In this document: piece by piece, positions 51,424 to 61,719 of the stretch
How positions within the stretch are numbered: the stretch's first letter is position 1
How the letters are laid out: every line of letters begins with the position of its first letter
Assembly (NCBI GenBank): GCA_052279835.1
Contig: CP181291.1
Span: 6,112,001-6,176,000 of the forward strand
From: Microcoleus sp.
GTDB taxonomy: Bacteria > Cyanobacteriota > Cyanobacteriia > Cyanobacteriales > Microcoleaceae
Length of the DNA stretch: 64,000 nt
Direction of reading: 5' to 3'
The notes under the pieces: generated by a model
Database searches by the model: none
What the model was told of the DNA's origin: nothing
The model's input: only the letters and a program-made list of their open reading frames with translations
Program-made: the position numbers and the translations under genes

Positions 51424-52762
51424 CAAAAAAAAGGGTCTAAAGCCCCGTCCTTCTAGGACGGCTTTCAATTTTATTGATGTTGAGCTAGAATAATTATATC
51501 CAACACCATAACGTAAAATGCTGGTATTTGAAGCAAAGCTTGAAGGCGAAAAGCATCAGTATGAAAAGCTTGATGAAGCGATTCGTACTGCGCGTTTTGT
51601 CCGCAATTCTTGCATCAGATACTGGATAGACAATCAGGGGATTGGGCGGTATGAACTGAGCGCTTATTGCAAGGTTCTTGCCAAGGAATTTCCTTTGGCC
51701 AGTCAGCTCAACTCTATGGCTCGTCAAGCTTCTGCTGAACGAGCTTGGTCTGCTATTGCTCGGTTCTACGACAACTGCAAAAAGAAAGCAGCAAAGAAAG
51801 GTTTTCCATGTTTTAAAAAGCATCAAACACATGGTTCTGTTGAGTACAAGACCTGTGGCTGGAAGCTGTCGGAGGACAGGAGAACTATCACCTTCACTGA
51901 TGGTTTTAAAGCTGGAAGTTTCAAGATGTGGGGAACTCGTGCTCTGCACTTTTATCAGTTGGAACAGATTAAGCGAGTTCGGGTTGTTCGTCGTGCTGAT
52001 GGGTACTACGTTCAGTTTTGTCTTGATGTCGAGCGAGTTGAGAAGAGAGAACCAGCGGGTAAAACTATTGGGCTGGATGTTGGGTTGAATCACTTCTACA
52101 CCGACTCGGATGGACATACAATTGACAATCCCAGGCATCTCAGGAAGTCTGAAAAAGCGCTCAAACGGCTCGGTCGAAGGCTTTCTCGAACTCAAAAAGG
52201 AGCGATTAACCGAACCAAAGCGAGAAACCGATTGAGCAGAAAACACCTCAAGGTAAGTAGGCAGCGTAAAGATTTTGCTGTGAAATTGGCAAGATGCGTA
52301 GTCCAGTCTAACGACTTGGTTGCCTATGAGGACTTGCAGGTGCGAAACATGGTTAAGAATCGGAAACTTGCTAAGTCGATTTCTGATGCGGCGTGGTCGG
52401 CTTTCCGGAGTTGGTTGGAATATTTTGGCAAGGTATTTGGTGTAGCAACAGTTGCTGTTCCACCGCACTACACCAGCCAGATTTGTTCTAAGTGTGGGAA
52501 AGTTGTCAAGAAGTCTTTGAGTACAAGAACTCATAAATGTTCTCATTGTGGGTTGGTTTTAGACCGGGACTGGAACGCCGCTCGTAACATACTGGAACTT
52601 GCACTTCGTACCGTGGGGCACACGGGAACGCTTAACGCCTCTGGAGACATCGACAAGAGCTTGGGTGAAGAAATTCCTCCAAGTAAGCCGAGTCGGGGAA
52701 AGAGGAAGCCCAAAGAGTGATCTTTGGAATCACCGTGGCTTTAGCTGGCGTGAGGATGTCAA
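51424..52762 (+). mobile_element. IS200/IS605-family element carrying only tnpB
   Basis: Follows TTAC (51420-51423); left-end hairpin AAAGCCCCGTCCTTCTAGGACGGCTTT; right end GGAATCACC...GAGGATGTCAA; no tnpA. Confidence 0.8.
51518..52720 (+). CDS. tnpB: RNA-guided endonuclease TnpB
   Basis: RuvC GLDVG, YEDL, DRDWNAA; zinc finger CSKC...CSHC; YTSQ. Confidence 0.95.
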   Translation: MLVFEAKLEGEKHQYEKLDEAIRTARFVRNSCIRYWIDNQGIGRYELSAYCKVLAKEFPLASQLNSMARQASAERAWSAIARFYDNCKKKAAKKGFPCFKKHQTHGSVEYKTCGWKLSEDRRTITFTDGFKAGSFKMWGTRALHFYQLEQIKRVRVVRRADGYYVQFCLDVERVEKREPAGKTIGLDVGLNHFYTDSDGHTIDNPRHLRKSEKALKRLGRRLSRTQKGAINRTKARNRLSRKHLKVSRQRKDFAVKLARCVVQSNDLVAYEDLQVRNMVKNRKLAKSISDAAWSAFRSWLEYFGKVFGVATVAVPPHYTSQICSKCGKVVKKSLSTRTHKCSHCGLVLDRDWNAARNILELALRTVGHTGTLNASGDIDKSLGEEIPPSKPSRGKRKPKE

Positions 52763-53031
52763 AGATGTCTGATAGTGACGTTTTCAAGCTGCTAGTTCCA
52801 GAAAACTTTTAGTTGAATCCACACCTATTCTGGTTTGTCAAGGTGATACCAGCTAAAATTTTTGAGACAGAAGGACACCTGGGGACAGATTTTTGATATA
52901 AAAATCCCTGCCCTTGCAGTTTTGTCTTGCTGACAACAAACAATCTACTCCACTGTGGCAGCAATTGTCTGCACTCTCAAGATTTAACTGCTGAGGCAGG
53001 TACTTTGGCGATTCTCGCTAGTGTCTGTGAA

Positions 53032-53127
53032 CTACTTGTACAGTTCAGTAGACAACCGGAAAGCCAAGATTCCTGGAATCAAAGCAATTACGAGGGCGAC
53101 GTAGACTTGGGTATCTGTTAAAGACAT
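53032..53127 (-). CDS. psaM: Photosystem I subunit XII (not in the ORF track)
   Basis: Manual translation MSLTDTQVYVALVIALIPGILAFRLSTELYK*. Confidence 0.97.
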   Translation of the reverse strand: MSLTDTQVYVALVIALIPGILAFRLSTELYK

Positions 53128-53384
53128 ATTGGCAAAACTCCTTTTCACGGACACGAGCTTTCACTAATTTCCGGCAAATTGGCGCTTTTGGGAATCACTT
53201 GTAACAACTCGAAATATAAAATACTGCCAGGACTTCTCAAGATGGAACGCAGAATGAGGGCGATCGGGTGTCGCACAGTTGCCAGATTAGGTTAAGATAA
53301 ATGAAGGTGACACTAATTCTCGACAGAGCCGGTGATTGGCGCTGCGCTCTACCCTTGCAAATTTTAGGTGCACAACCAACGTTA

Positions 53385-54152
53385 ATGCTAGACCAATTTA
53401 TCGAATCTTCTCCCAATTTAGGAATTGACACCTTTTTATTATTGTTAGTTTTGGTGGCTTTGGAAGCTGTGCTTTCGGCTGACAATGCGATCGCCCTAGC
53501 ATCTATTTCTAAAGGTTTGGAAGAACCAAAGCAACAGCAACAGGCTCTCAATTTCGGTTTGATAATTGCTTTCGTACTGCGAATTTCACTGATTTTAACC
53601 GCTACTTGGGTGATCCAATACTGGCAGTTTGAACTGCTGGGTGCTCTGTACCTACTGTGGCTGGTTTGGCAGCACTTCGCCTCAGATGCTGACTCCGAGG
53701 GAGAACATCACGGGCCCAGATTTGCGTCTGTGTGGCAAGCAATTCCCATGATTGCTTTTACGGATTTAGCATTTTCTTTGGATAGCGTCACTACTGCGAT
53801 CGCAGTTTCGGATAACACGGTTATTGTTGTCACTGGCGCTACCATTGGCATTATTGCTCTGCGATTCATGGCTGGATTGTTCATCCGCTGGCTGGATGAA
53901 TACGTACACCTGGAAAGTGCAGGCTACATCACAGTTGGGTTCGTGGGAATGAGGTTGTTGGTGAAAGTAATTAATCCAGATTTAGTTCCTCCCCAATGGC
54001 TGGTAGTTTCATGTATCGCCTTGATGTTTGTGTGGGGTTTTTCTAAACGCACTCCAGAGTCGAACGACATTACAGAGTCCTTAGAATCTGCATTTAAGCA
54101 GGACTCGAAAGAGCAAGTCAAGGAGCAGGAAGCACAGAAGTCGGAAATTTGA
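53385..54152 (+). CDS. TerC-family membrane protein
   Basis: LEAVLSADNA, DLAFSLDSV, LRFMAGLF; ATG at 53385 preferred. Confidence 0.88.
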   Translation: MLDQFIESSPNLGIDTFLLLLVLVALEAVLSADNAIALASISKGLEEPKQQQQALNFGLIIAFVLRISLILTATWVIQYWQFELLGALYLLWLVWQHFASDADSEGEHHGPRFASVWQAIPMIAFTDLAFSLDSVTTAIAVSDNTVIVVTGATIGIIALRFMAGLFIRWLDEYVHLESAGYITVGFVGMRLLVKVINPDLVPPQWLVVSCIALMFVWGFSKRTPESNDITESLESAFKQDSKEQVKEQEAQKSEI

Positions 54153-54193
54153 GATACTTTTATTTTAATATTGACTTTTGTTTCAACATAAAT

Positions 54194-54229
54194 TAGATCG
54201 ATCTTTTGCTAAAGGTCGATCTATTTTTT
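54194..54229 (+). terminator. Rho-independent terminator after the TerC gene
   Basis: TAGATCGATCTTT/AAAGGTCGATCTA stem plus T-run. Confidence 0.65.
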
Positions 54230-54442
54230 GTGTATAAATTCGCCCCGTGAATACCGAGATAGCCGACTGCTTAAACAAGTCTAGTATAGCAATCGCTAAG
54301 GCTGTTAAGGCGATCGCTAGAGCTCACAGCCAATGTTATTTCAAAGACATATTTAAATCACTCTATGTGTTACTCTCAAAAACAACTTTGAGGATTCAGC
54401 CTTCTTGTCCGGCATTGTATCTTTAAGATCGAGAAAACACCT

Positions 54443-56702
54443 ATGTATCGATTCCAGATTATTGGACACACGCAAACTGGCGCATCCATCGGTATCGTCG
54501 GTTCTACTCCCGAATTAGGACTGTGGGATATCACGAAATGCCTACGCCTGAACACCAGTGCCGATCGCTATCCTTTATGGTACACAGATATAGACATTCA
54601 GCCTGCTCTCGATGTAGGCGATCGCCAGAACATAGAATATAAGTACGTGTATATTGATGCCAACGGTATCGCAGCATGGGAAGAATTCGGTTTTAATCGC
54701 TGGATACCGATCGACCCAGACCAAAAATCCAGCAAAATCGTAGTAGACGATGGCGCCTTTGGTTATTTGCAGCCTTATCCCTTCGGATACCTAGAAGAAG
54801 CAGAACCTGTTCCCAATCTCCCCTCAGATCAAAAATCCCCAGGCTTAAAAATCGCCGTGATTGGTAGTTTCCGTCGCCAAGGGTCAAAAAGCCTGGATGT
54901 TGAAAGGTTGGGCTTCCCAGTTGGCAGAGTCTTTGCAGGAAAAATACGGACACCAACTCGTGAATTTGTCAGAAGCGGGCGCAAATGTCAGCAAAACCAT
55001 CGCCCGTTTTCCCTCCGTCGTCGCCCCAGAACAACCTGATGTGGTAATTATTGCCCTGTCTCTCGGTAACGAAGGGCTCGCCCACTGTCGCCCCCACGAA
55101 CGACGGGGCGCGCAACGCAGGTTTGAAAGCGGCTTGCAGCAGTTGGTGAAAATGACGCGAGCCCTGGGAGCACGTCCCATGCTGGGCGGACTATATCCCC
55201 ACGGTGACTATAACTCAGAACATTACTGGTTGCTGCGAGATACCCACCACCGGATGCAGAATTGGGGCGTTCCGGTGCTGGATTGGTTGGGCGTGTTGGA
55301 GGATGGACAAGGACGCTGGAAACCAGGAACATCCTTCGATCCTTCTCACCCAAACACCATCGGTCATAATCTGATGTATGAGGCGATCGATCTTAACCAA
55401 TTCGCGATCGACAAAGACGAATTAGCCAAAGAAAAACAATACTTTTCCCAACCAAAAGAAGTTCCAGTTTTCCTTGACAATGGGGGTTTTAAAGTCTTTG
55501 CTTGTCTGGAAGAACAGCGTTTGCGGATTGTCAATTCATCCCCACACAATTATACGATCGCTCCCCACTGGCAAGCAATCCAAACTGTACTGCAACGCAA
55601 AGCAGGATTGATACCAGGGATTTATATTGCTAAAAATGTCAAGTCAGGGATGCTTCCTTTCTTTGCAGTGCCGGAAAATGGGACGATCGAAACAACAATG
55701 GAAATTGCCCCCGGTGCTGACTTAGAATACACTTCAGCTTTCAATCTTTTTGCACCGAACAACTCACAATTGTTGTTCTATGACGGGCATTTGGGAATTT
55801 TAAAATTAGACGATAGTCGCCTGTGGATTATCAACGAATCAGACAAAGAATACAACATCCAACCCATGTGGAAGGAAGTTCGCCATCTACTCAAAGCCAT
55901 GCCATCGGGTGTCTATGACGATCCCCTGCATCCTGACGCACCTTTTCGCACCATGATGATTGGCGACAACGGGATTGAAAGTCGGGTGAAAGCACCGCCT
56001 AAGTCCGCTGTATTGTTTCAATATAAATGTCAATTATCCGACATCAGCCGGGTGGCGATTTTGCCGCTGGGCGATCGCTGTGCAGTGCGGATGATGCTGT
56101 ATAAAATGGAGTACGATGGCCCGGCTTTTCCCTTCGATTTGACGCGCACTACCAATATTGGAGATGTTGCTGATGCGATCGAAAACGGTTTTTATGATAT
56201 GTGGAATCCGGCTTTTCTCCACTACAGTGCCCAAGCGGGTAGAATCTATCATAGCAAGTGGTCTGGTCTTTCTTTTGCCCATGAAGTTGAAGATACAGAC
56301 GATCCTGTTAATGATATGTCTCCGGTATTTGAACGGATGCGCGAGCGATATACGGCACGTTCGTCGCGGTTTTGGTACGCTCTTAAACATTGCGACAAGG
56401 TGCTGTTTGTCCGCACTGGTATTGCCGATCGCAATGGGGCGATCGATCTGATCCATAAACTAGAATACAAATGTCAGGGGAAACCTTTTCAATTGCTGTT
56501 GCTTTCTCCCCAATCTTCCGATGAGTTTGCAGGTTTGGATTGTGTGCTGCATTATAATGTGGAGTTTAATCCCGATCGAATGTATGACGATTTGGGACAC
56601 TGGATGTACTGTACGGATGTGATGCGAGGGATTTTGGAGTCGATCGGGGTTTCTAGCAAAAACCTGTTTTGGTGTCCGCCTAGGATACCGCAAAATAGGT
56701 AA
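54443..56702 (+). pseudogene. CBM20 + SGNH hydrolase + DUF1796-like fusion split by a +1 frameshift (real or assembly error)
   Basis: CBM20-like IVGSTPELGLWD...YPLW...EYKY...WE. Removing one T at 54868-54870 restores IGSSVAKG. Later DPSHPN and LGDRC...PFD. Confidence 0.75.
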
Positions 56703-56888
56703 TATTGATTTCGGTGGGATCGGAATGATTAAACCGCGAAGACGCAAAGGACGCGAAGGAAAACCCCCCCCTGCCCCCCCCAAGGGGGGAAAGAAGGAAA
56801 TGCTGTTCTTTCTTCGCGCTATGAGCGCCTTCGCGGTTCATTTAATCTTACTACTTAGCTGAACTATCCAATGGTTAACTATCAACTG

Positions 56889-58430
56889 TCAATGAAATAA
56901 TTTAATTACTGCTGGCTTCGTCACTTTTCCCATCGCATTTCTAGGTAATTCTTCTATTGGCAAAATTCGGGTGGGGACTTTATAAACTGCCAATTGTTCT
57001 TTTGCCCAATTCCTGAAAGATGCTAAGTTTAAACTGGATTCGGATCGCAATACTAATGCAGCACAAACTCGTTCACCCCATTCTACATCCTCAACCCCTA
57101 CCACTGCACATTCTTGAATCTCTGGATGCGATCGCAATACTTCCTCAATTTCTAAAGCTGAAACTTTATAGCCTCCGCTTTTGATGATATCTACACTCAT
57201 CCTTCCGAGTATGCGATAGTTGTCATTTTCAACTACTGCAAAATCTCCTGTACAAAACCAGCCTGCTTGGAAAGTTTTCGCTGTTGCTTGGGGGTTTTGC
57301 CAATATTCCAGAAATACTCCGGGACTTTTGACTTGAATTTCTCCTGGTGTTTCTGCTGTTACTAATTCTCCTTTTTCGTTGACTAATCGCACTTCCACAC
57401 CAGGTAGAGGTTTTCCTACATATCCCGATGCTCGTTTACCGTGTAAAGGGTTGGATAAGGCCATGCCAATTTCTGTCATCCCATAGCGTTCTAGCAGAAA
57501 ATGACTGCTGATTTTTTGCCATTTTTCTAATACTTGAACTGGTAATGCTGCTGAACCTGAAACCATTAGGCGCATTTTTGCACAACTTTTCGATCGCCTG
57601 TTTTGGGTTTCTTCCGTAGCGGTTTCCCAGGCGGCAATCAATTTTACATAAATCGTTGGTACTGCCATAAATAAGGTTAAATCAGCGTCACAAATTCGAT
57701 TCCAAACTGTTTCGGCATCAAATTTGCTCAACATTTCGCACTCTGCGCCGGCCCATAAAGCACAGGTTAATACATTGACAATTCCGTGTATATGATGTAA
57801 GGGAAGTACGTGGAGAATGCGATCGCTTGATGTCCATTCCCAAGCGTCGATTAAGCTGGTTACTTGAGCTTGAATATTTTGATGAGTGGTTACTACTCCT
57901 TTTGGTTTTCCTGTTGTACCGCTGGTGTAGAGAATTAAGGCGCGTCTGGTGATATCTATTTCTGGGAGAGGGCTAATCTGGGTGGGAAGGGTTTCGGAAG
58001 TGAGGATAAATCGTAAGTTGTGCGATCGGGCGATCGGGCGCAATAAATCTTCAAAATTGGGATGGGCAACAATAATTGATGCTCCCGAATTGGTGATAAC
58101 ATACTCTAATTCTGGTCGCGGGTGGGACACGCATAGAGGTACGGCGATCGCACCGGCGCGCCAAATTCCCCACAGGGTAGCGACATACTCAAATCCAGAC
58201 GGAATTAGAAATGCAATTCGTTGTTCTTGTAAATCTGTCACATCCTGAAGCAATTTTGTTGCTATTTGGCTGGATGTGTGCAGCAAATCTGCATAGGTAT
58301 ATTTTTGTTCGTTGGTGGCGATCGCCCTGTGCGTTTTGTGTTCTAGAGCACGATTTATTAAGGGGAGATTCACGTTTTGAGTATTTATCTGAATCATGTC
58401 GGTAATCAGAAGTGCGATCGATCTGAGCAT
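56889..58430 (-). CDS. Acyl-CoA synthetase (MatB/ACSF3-like malonyl-CoA ligase)
   Basis: YTSGTTGKPKG, LPLHHIHG, ERYGMTE, GRMSVDIIKSGGYK, PRNAMGK; true start may be downstream. Confidence 0.88.
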   Translation of the reverse strand: MLRSIALLITDMIQINTQNVNLPLINRALEHKTHRAIATNEQKYTYADLLHTSSQIATKLLQDVTDLQEQRIAFLIPSGFEYVATLWGIWRAGAIAVPLCVSHPRPELEYVITNSGASIIVAHPNFEDLLRPIARSHNLRFILTSETLPTQISPLPEIDITRRALILYTSGTTGKPKGVVTTHQNIQAQVTSLIDAWEWTSSDRILHVLPLHHIHGIVNVLTCALWAGAECEMLSKFDAETVWNRICDADLTLFMAVPTIYVKLIAAWETATEETQNRRSKSCAKMRLMVSGSAALPVQVLEKWQKISSHFLLERYGMTEIGMALSNPLHGKRASGYVGKPLPGVEVRLVNEKGELVTAETPGEIQVKSPGVFLEYWQNPQATAKTFQAGWFCTGDFAVVENDNYRILGRMSVDIIKSGGYKVSALEIEEVLRSHPEIQECAVVGVEDVEWGERVCAALVLRSESSLNLASFRNWAKEQLAVYKVPTRILPIEELPRNAMGKVTKPAVIKLFH

Positions 58431-58636
58431 AACTTGAAATTATCTCATGCAGATATCTCAGTCGGATACTTTACTTAAGTTTTAGCTGCTACAACTGTTA
58501 ATTTATTCCGGCTTCCTCCTGTTTAATTTTTAATTTAAACTCTGGTAAACAGATACTTCATAACAGGTAGGCGGTGCCTGTTTCCCAATAATTATGGGAG
58601 TCTCTATTAAACAAGTTCGCAGATTTTTCACAAATT

Positions 58637-59137
58637 TTAGGCTCGTCCCGCTCTATGATACAGCGCGATCGTCAGTGATGTGGTGGCTGCGATCGCTGCT
58701 ACCGTCCGAACATGGTTCCAGAAGGTCCAATAGGCGAGGTAGCTAGCCCAGAATCTCGCGCCCTCAGCGCTGCTAGGATCGACCTTTGCTAGCCCATCAT
58801 TGAGCGGCACATTACACACTATAGTTACGCCTACCGTACCCACAAGATACAGCATTGCGCCCAGGAGCAAGTAAGGAGCACCGGGTTGATGCCACTTTGA
58901 CAGGGATGAAAAAGTCAGAACAATACAAGCCGCAGCCGTTCCCAAAAACACGCCCATGAAGGATGGATTAATCACCGTAATATTGATGGCTTGCATCGCA
59001 GCAATCCCCTGGGGCGCAGGTTGTCGAGCAAGGGCGTTCATCACAAAAGATGAAAAGGCAAAAAACACTCCGGCTATCAGCCCGCAGCCTAGTGCTGAGA
59101 ACAGCTTTAATGCGAAATAATGTGGTTGAGTTATCAT
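58637..59137 (-). CDS. DUF1772 / anthrone-oxygenase-like membrane protein
   Basis: GLIAGVFFAFSSFVM, AMQAIN, NVPLN, WNHVRT. Confidence 0.85.
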   Translation of the reverse strand: MITQPHYFALKLFSALGCGLIAGVFFAFSSFVMNALARQPAPQGIAAMQAINITVINPSFMGVFLGTAAACIVLTFSSLSKWHQPGAPYLLLGAMLYLVGTVGVTIVCNVPLNDGLAKVDPSSAEGARFWASYLAYWTFWNHVRTVAAIAATTSLTIALYHRAGRA

Positions 59138-59267
59138 TAAATATCTCCCATAATTCTTGTGGAATAGGCAAAATAGCCTGTTCAAAGCTGGCTTTTCTGG
59201 AGATGTCTATTATATCAGCCTCAATAAACTCAGCAATTTACGAACCACTTACCCTGCTTAAATCCCG

Positions 59268-59816
59268 ATGAATACACAATACATGATTGCGTTAATTCAT
59301 CGCCTATTTGCCACAGCAGAAACAATCAATTTACCACTTTGGTTACAAGGTGGTTGGGCGATAGACGGCAAACTTCATCGCATCACGCGAGAACATCAAG
59401 ATATTGATGTTGCATTTCCGGCTGAGCGCAAAGCAGAGTTTATTTCGCTGCTTCATTCCCTCGGTGGTGGTGCAATTACACAAACAGATTACGGTTTTTT
59501 GATAGCCTTAGATGGAGTGATTATTGACTGTGAACCCTGTGTACTGATTGGTGAAAATTATGAGCTTGAAGGGCTTCCGGCTGGTACTTGTCCTTGGGAA
59601 AAACAGGGACATATTTCCGGTCAATTTTTACGCTGTACAAGTTGGGAGGCGATTCTCTGGGACTATTTCTATTATCTAGAAGAAGTGCCACAGTCTTCAT
59701 GGCGCGCCCAGGACTTTGAAAGCTATGCTTTGGTGAAAGCATCTTTCGGCGATGCAGCATCAGCGCGTCTTCACGAACAGTTCCAGGAACAAGTTAATGT
59801 GGTCAAACTCGATTAA
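59268..59816 (+). CDS. Aminoglycoside 2''-O-nucleotidyltransferase (ANT(2'')/AadB)-like protein
   Basis: NLPLW..GGWAID...TREHQDID..FP, DYGFL, DCEP, SWEAILWDYFYY match AadB motifs as recalled. Confidence 0.8.
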   Translation: MNTQYMIALIHRLFATAETINLPLWLQGGWAIDGKLHRITREHQDIDVAFPAERKAEFISLLHSLGGGAITQTDYGFLIALDGVIIDCEPCVLIGENYELEGLPAGTCPWEKQGHISGQFLRCTSWEAILWDYFYYLEEVPQSSWRAQDFESYALVKASFGDAASARLHEQFQEQVNVVKLD

Positions 59817-59829
59817 TTAGTGCCGCAAA

Positions 59830-60846
59830 CTAAACATAGGTTGCTAAAGTCCTGACGTGGGCGGTAGCTGCTGCTACTGTCACTGGTAATCTGTAGCCAC
59901 CTCCATGAGTAGAGAGCACTGGACATCCCCATCTCTTAACAAAATCTAGTAGAATTTCGGTCAGTTTACAGAAATCAGCATTTGTCCAATCTGTGATGTC
60001 CTTCCCACAATCATCTCTGTGGGAATCATAACCAGAAAAAATAGTAACTAGGTCTGGTTCCCACGGTACATTTTCTAAAGCTTGCCGGAAAGTGCTGATA
60101 CTCTGATGGGCGTAGTAGAATCGACCAGTTATACCCTCGGACTGCAAAACTTCTACTGGAAAAGATTCAGGAATCAGCGGAATGTTACAATGTCCAACAG
60201 TTTCGGCAATGGTTGTTGTGCCAGCTTTCAAGTCGGAGGCTTTCGCCATGTAGATATCTACACCACTATGAATGCTAATACAATAGACGCTAGGATCGTT
60301 GCTAAAAATTGACTGAGTTCCATCGCCATGATGAATATCCCAGTCAACTATCAATACTTTTTCAAATCTTTGTGTCTGAGCATATCGAGCAGCAGCAGCT
60401 AGAGGATTTAAGATACAGTAACCGTGTCCCCAATTCCTATGAGCATGATGTCCTACCATACTGAAGCAGTAAGCCCGTTCTAGGTTTCCCTGTTTCATTT
60501 GGTCGATCGCTTCCATCATACCTCCCAAACCATAGATATAACCGGGCAAACAATACTCTAAACCTTGGCATTCTATACTCAAGTCTGGTAAGGCTAGGCT
60601 GATGTTATCTAGTGGTTTACCGAGGGCTTGTAATATCAATTTGCGGAGATATTCTCCAGCATGAACCTTCTGATAATCACTCATTTTTGCTTTTCTTAAG
60701 GGTAAGGCTGGATAGTCTGTCAGAGATTTTTGAAGAGCTTGTCGGACTTGATTGTAGTAATTAAAAGAATATCCGGTAAAAGAAATTGTTTGTATTAACT
60801 TGGAAGTAGAAAATGTTTGGGGGTGTAGATAGGTAGCAAGCTGCAT
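59830..60846 (-). CDS. Histone deacetylase-family Zn amidohydrolase
   Basis: GHHA, GYC, DWDIHHGDGT, SIH, GYDSHRDD, GGY. Confidence 0.88.
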   Translation of the reverse strand: MQLATYLHPQTFSTSKLIQTISFTGYSFNYYNQVRQALQKSLTDYPALPLRKAKMSDYQKVHAGEYLRKLILQALGKPLDNISLALPDLSIECQGLEYCLPGYIYGLGGMMEAIDQMKQGNLERAYCFSMVGHHAHRNWGHGYCILNPLAAAARYAQTQRFEKVLIVDWDIHHGDGTQSIFSNDPSVYCISIHSGVDIYMAKASDLKAGTTTIAETVGHCNIPLIPESFPVEVLQSEGITGRFYYAHQSISTFRQALENVPWEPDLVTIFSGYDSHRDDCGKDITDWTNADFCKLTEILLDFVKRWGCPVLSTHGGGYRLPVTVAAATAHVRTLATYV

Positions 60847-61019
60847 CGTTTTATTTTGGCAGTCAAACTGAAGAGATTAATTGTAATGAAATGCCTAGTA
60901 TTTTTAAGCAAAAATAATACCACAGTTACTGCATTTTATCAAGCTCTGCAAAAAACTTGATGACCTCCTGTGATTGCCAAGGGTGAATCGGATGCTGGGG
61001 TTCAGATCGGGGCCATGGG

Positions 61020-61232
61020 CTATGTAGCCACAATACAGCTAGGGTGCGATCGCAATTCTGAAGAAATGCGTTTCACCGCTTCACCGATAATCAGAAGTTG
61101 AAACACGATCGCAGATTGCGTTTTATCATCATTGAGAAATGCACTTTTGTCCATGTTACCTTTATATTGCAGGACTTTTTGAGCAGCCCTGATAATGTCT
61201 AGTAAGGAAGCGCGATCGCGATTATTTGACAT
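61020..61232 (-). pseudogene. Truncated HEPN (DUF86/HepT) toxin
   Basis: RDRASLLDI...F..D.KTQSAI..QL.IIGEA.KRIS, ending at 70 aa without the PW...RxxxxH half. Confidence 0.75.
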
Positions 61233-61533
61233 AGATAGTTTGAGCCGTAGACAGAATTTCTTGACGGCGAATCCAGTTAGAACTGCGCTCGATCGCTCTT
61301 TTACTGATTAGATCAACTGGTCTGCTTAGCAATGCTTCGAGTTCTTCCTGCATTTGGGCGCGATCGAGTAGACCCCAGTTGGCTGTGGGAGCAAAAGCAA
61401 CTAAGATATCGATGTCGCTGTCTGCATGAAAGTCGTCCCGAAGGATCGAACCAAAGAGGGAGAGTTCGATGATTTGCCAATGTTGGCACAATTTCGTAAT
61501 TTGGTCAATTGGTAGGGCGATCGGTTTGAGCAA
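61222..61533 (-). CDS. Minimal nucleotidyltransferase (MNT) antitoxin
   Basis: LFGSILRDDF..DSDIDILV, RPVDL; overlaps the HEPN gene start. Confidence 0.9.
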   Translation of the reverse strand: MLKPIALPIDQITKLCQHWQIIELSLFGSILRDDFHADSDIDILVAFAPTANWGLLDRAQMQEELEALLSRPVDLISKRAIERSSNWIRRQEILSTAQTIYVK

Positions 61534-61719
61534 ACCTTACGGAGTATAACGGTCTAGTCGATTTTATCTCTATTTCTAAGTGTTTTAGGAGAAAATATTT
61601 TTTAAACTTCACACTTTACTTCACAATATTGTTATATCATAGTTATAGGGAACGATAGTCCCATCTCTAGACTCTAGCTATGCTTAATTTCTCTGAAAGC
61701 TCCAAAAAGGATGTAGAAA

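Noticed and set aside
51494..52546. 350-aa ORF antisense to tnpB
   Set aside because: Shadow frame fully overlapping a clear tnpB, with no recognisable motifs
52927..53121. 64-aa plus-strand ORF
   Set aside because: Antisense to psaM, which explains the region
53130..53384. yybP-ykoY Mn riboswitch upstream of the TerC gene
   Set aside because: The conserved GGGGAGUA and CGUCAAUAC-like motifs could not be found by eye
56889..60846. Biosynthetic cluster (acyl-CoA ligase, DUF1772, ANT, HDAC)
   Set aside because: Mixed orientations, repeat-containing spacers and no PKS/NRPS or carrier protein
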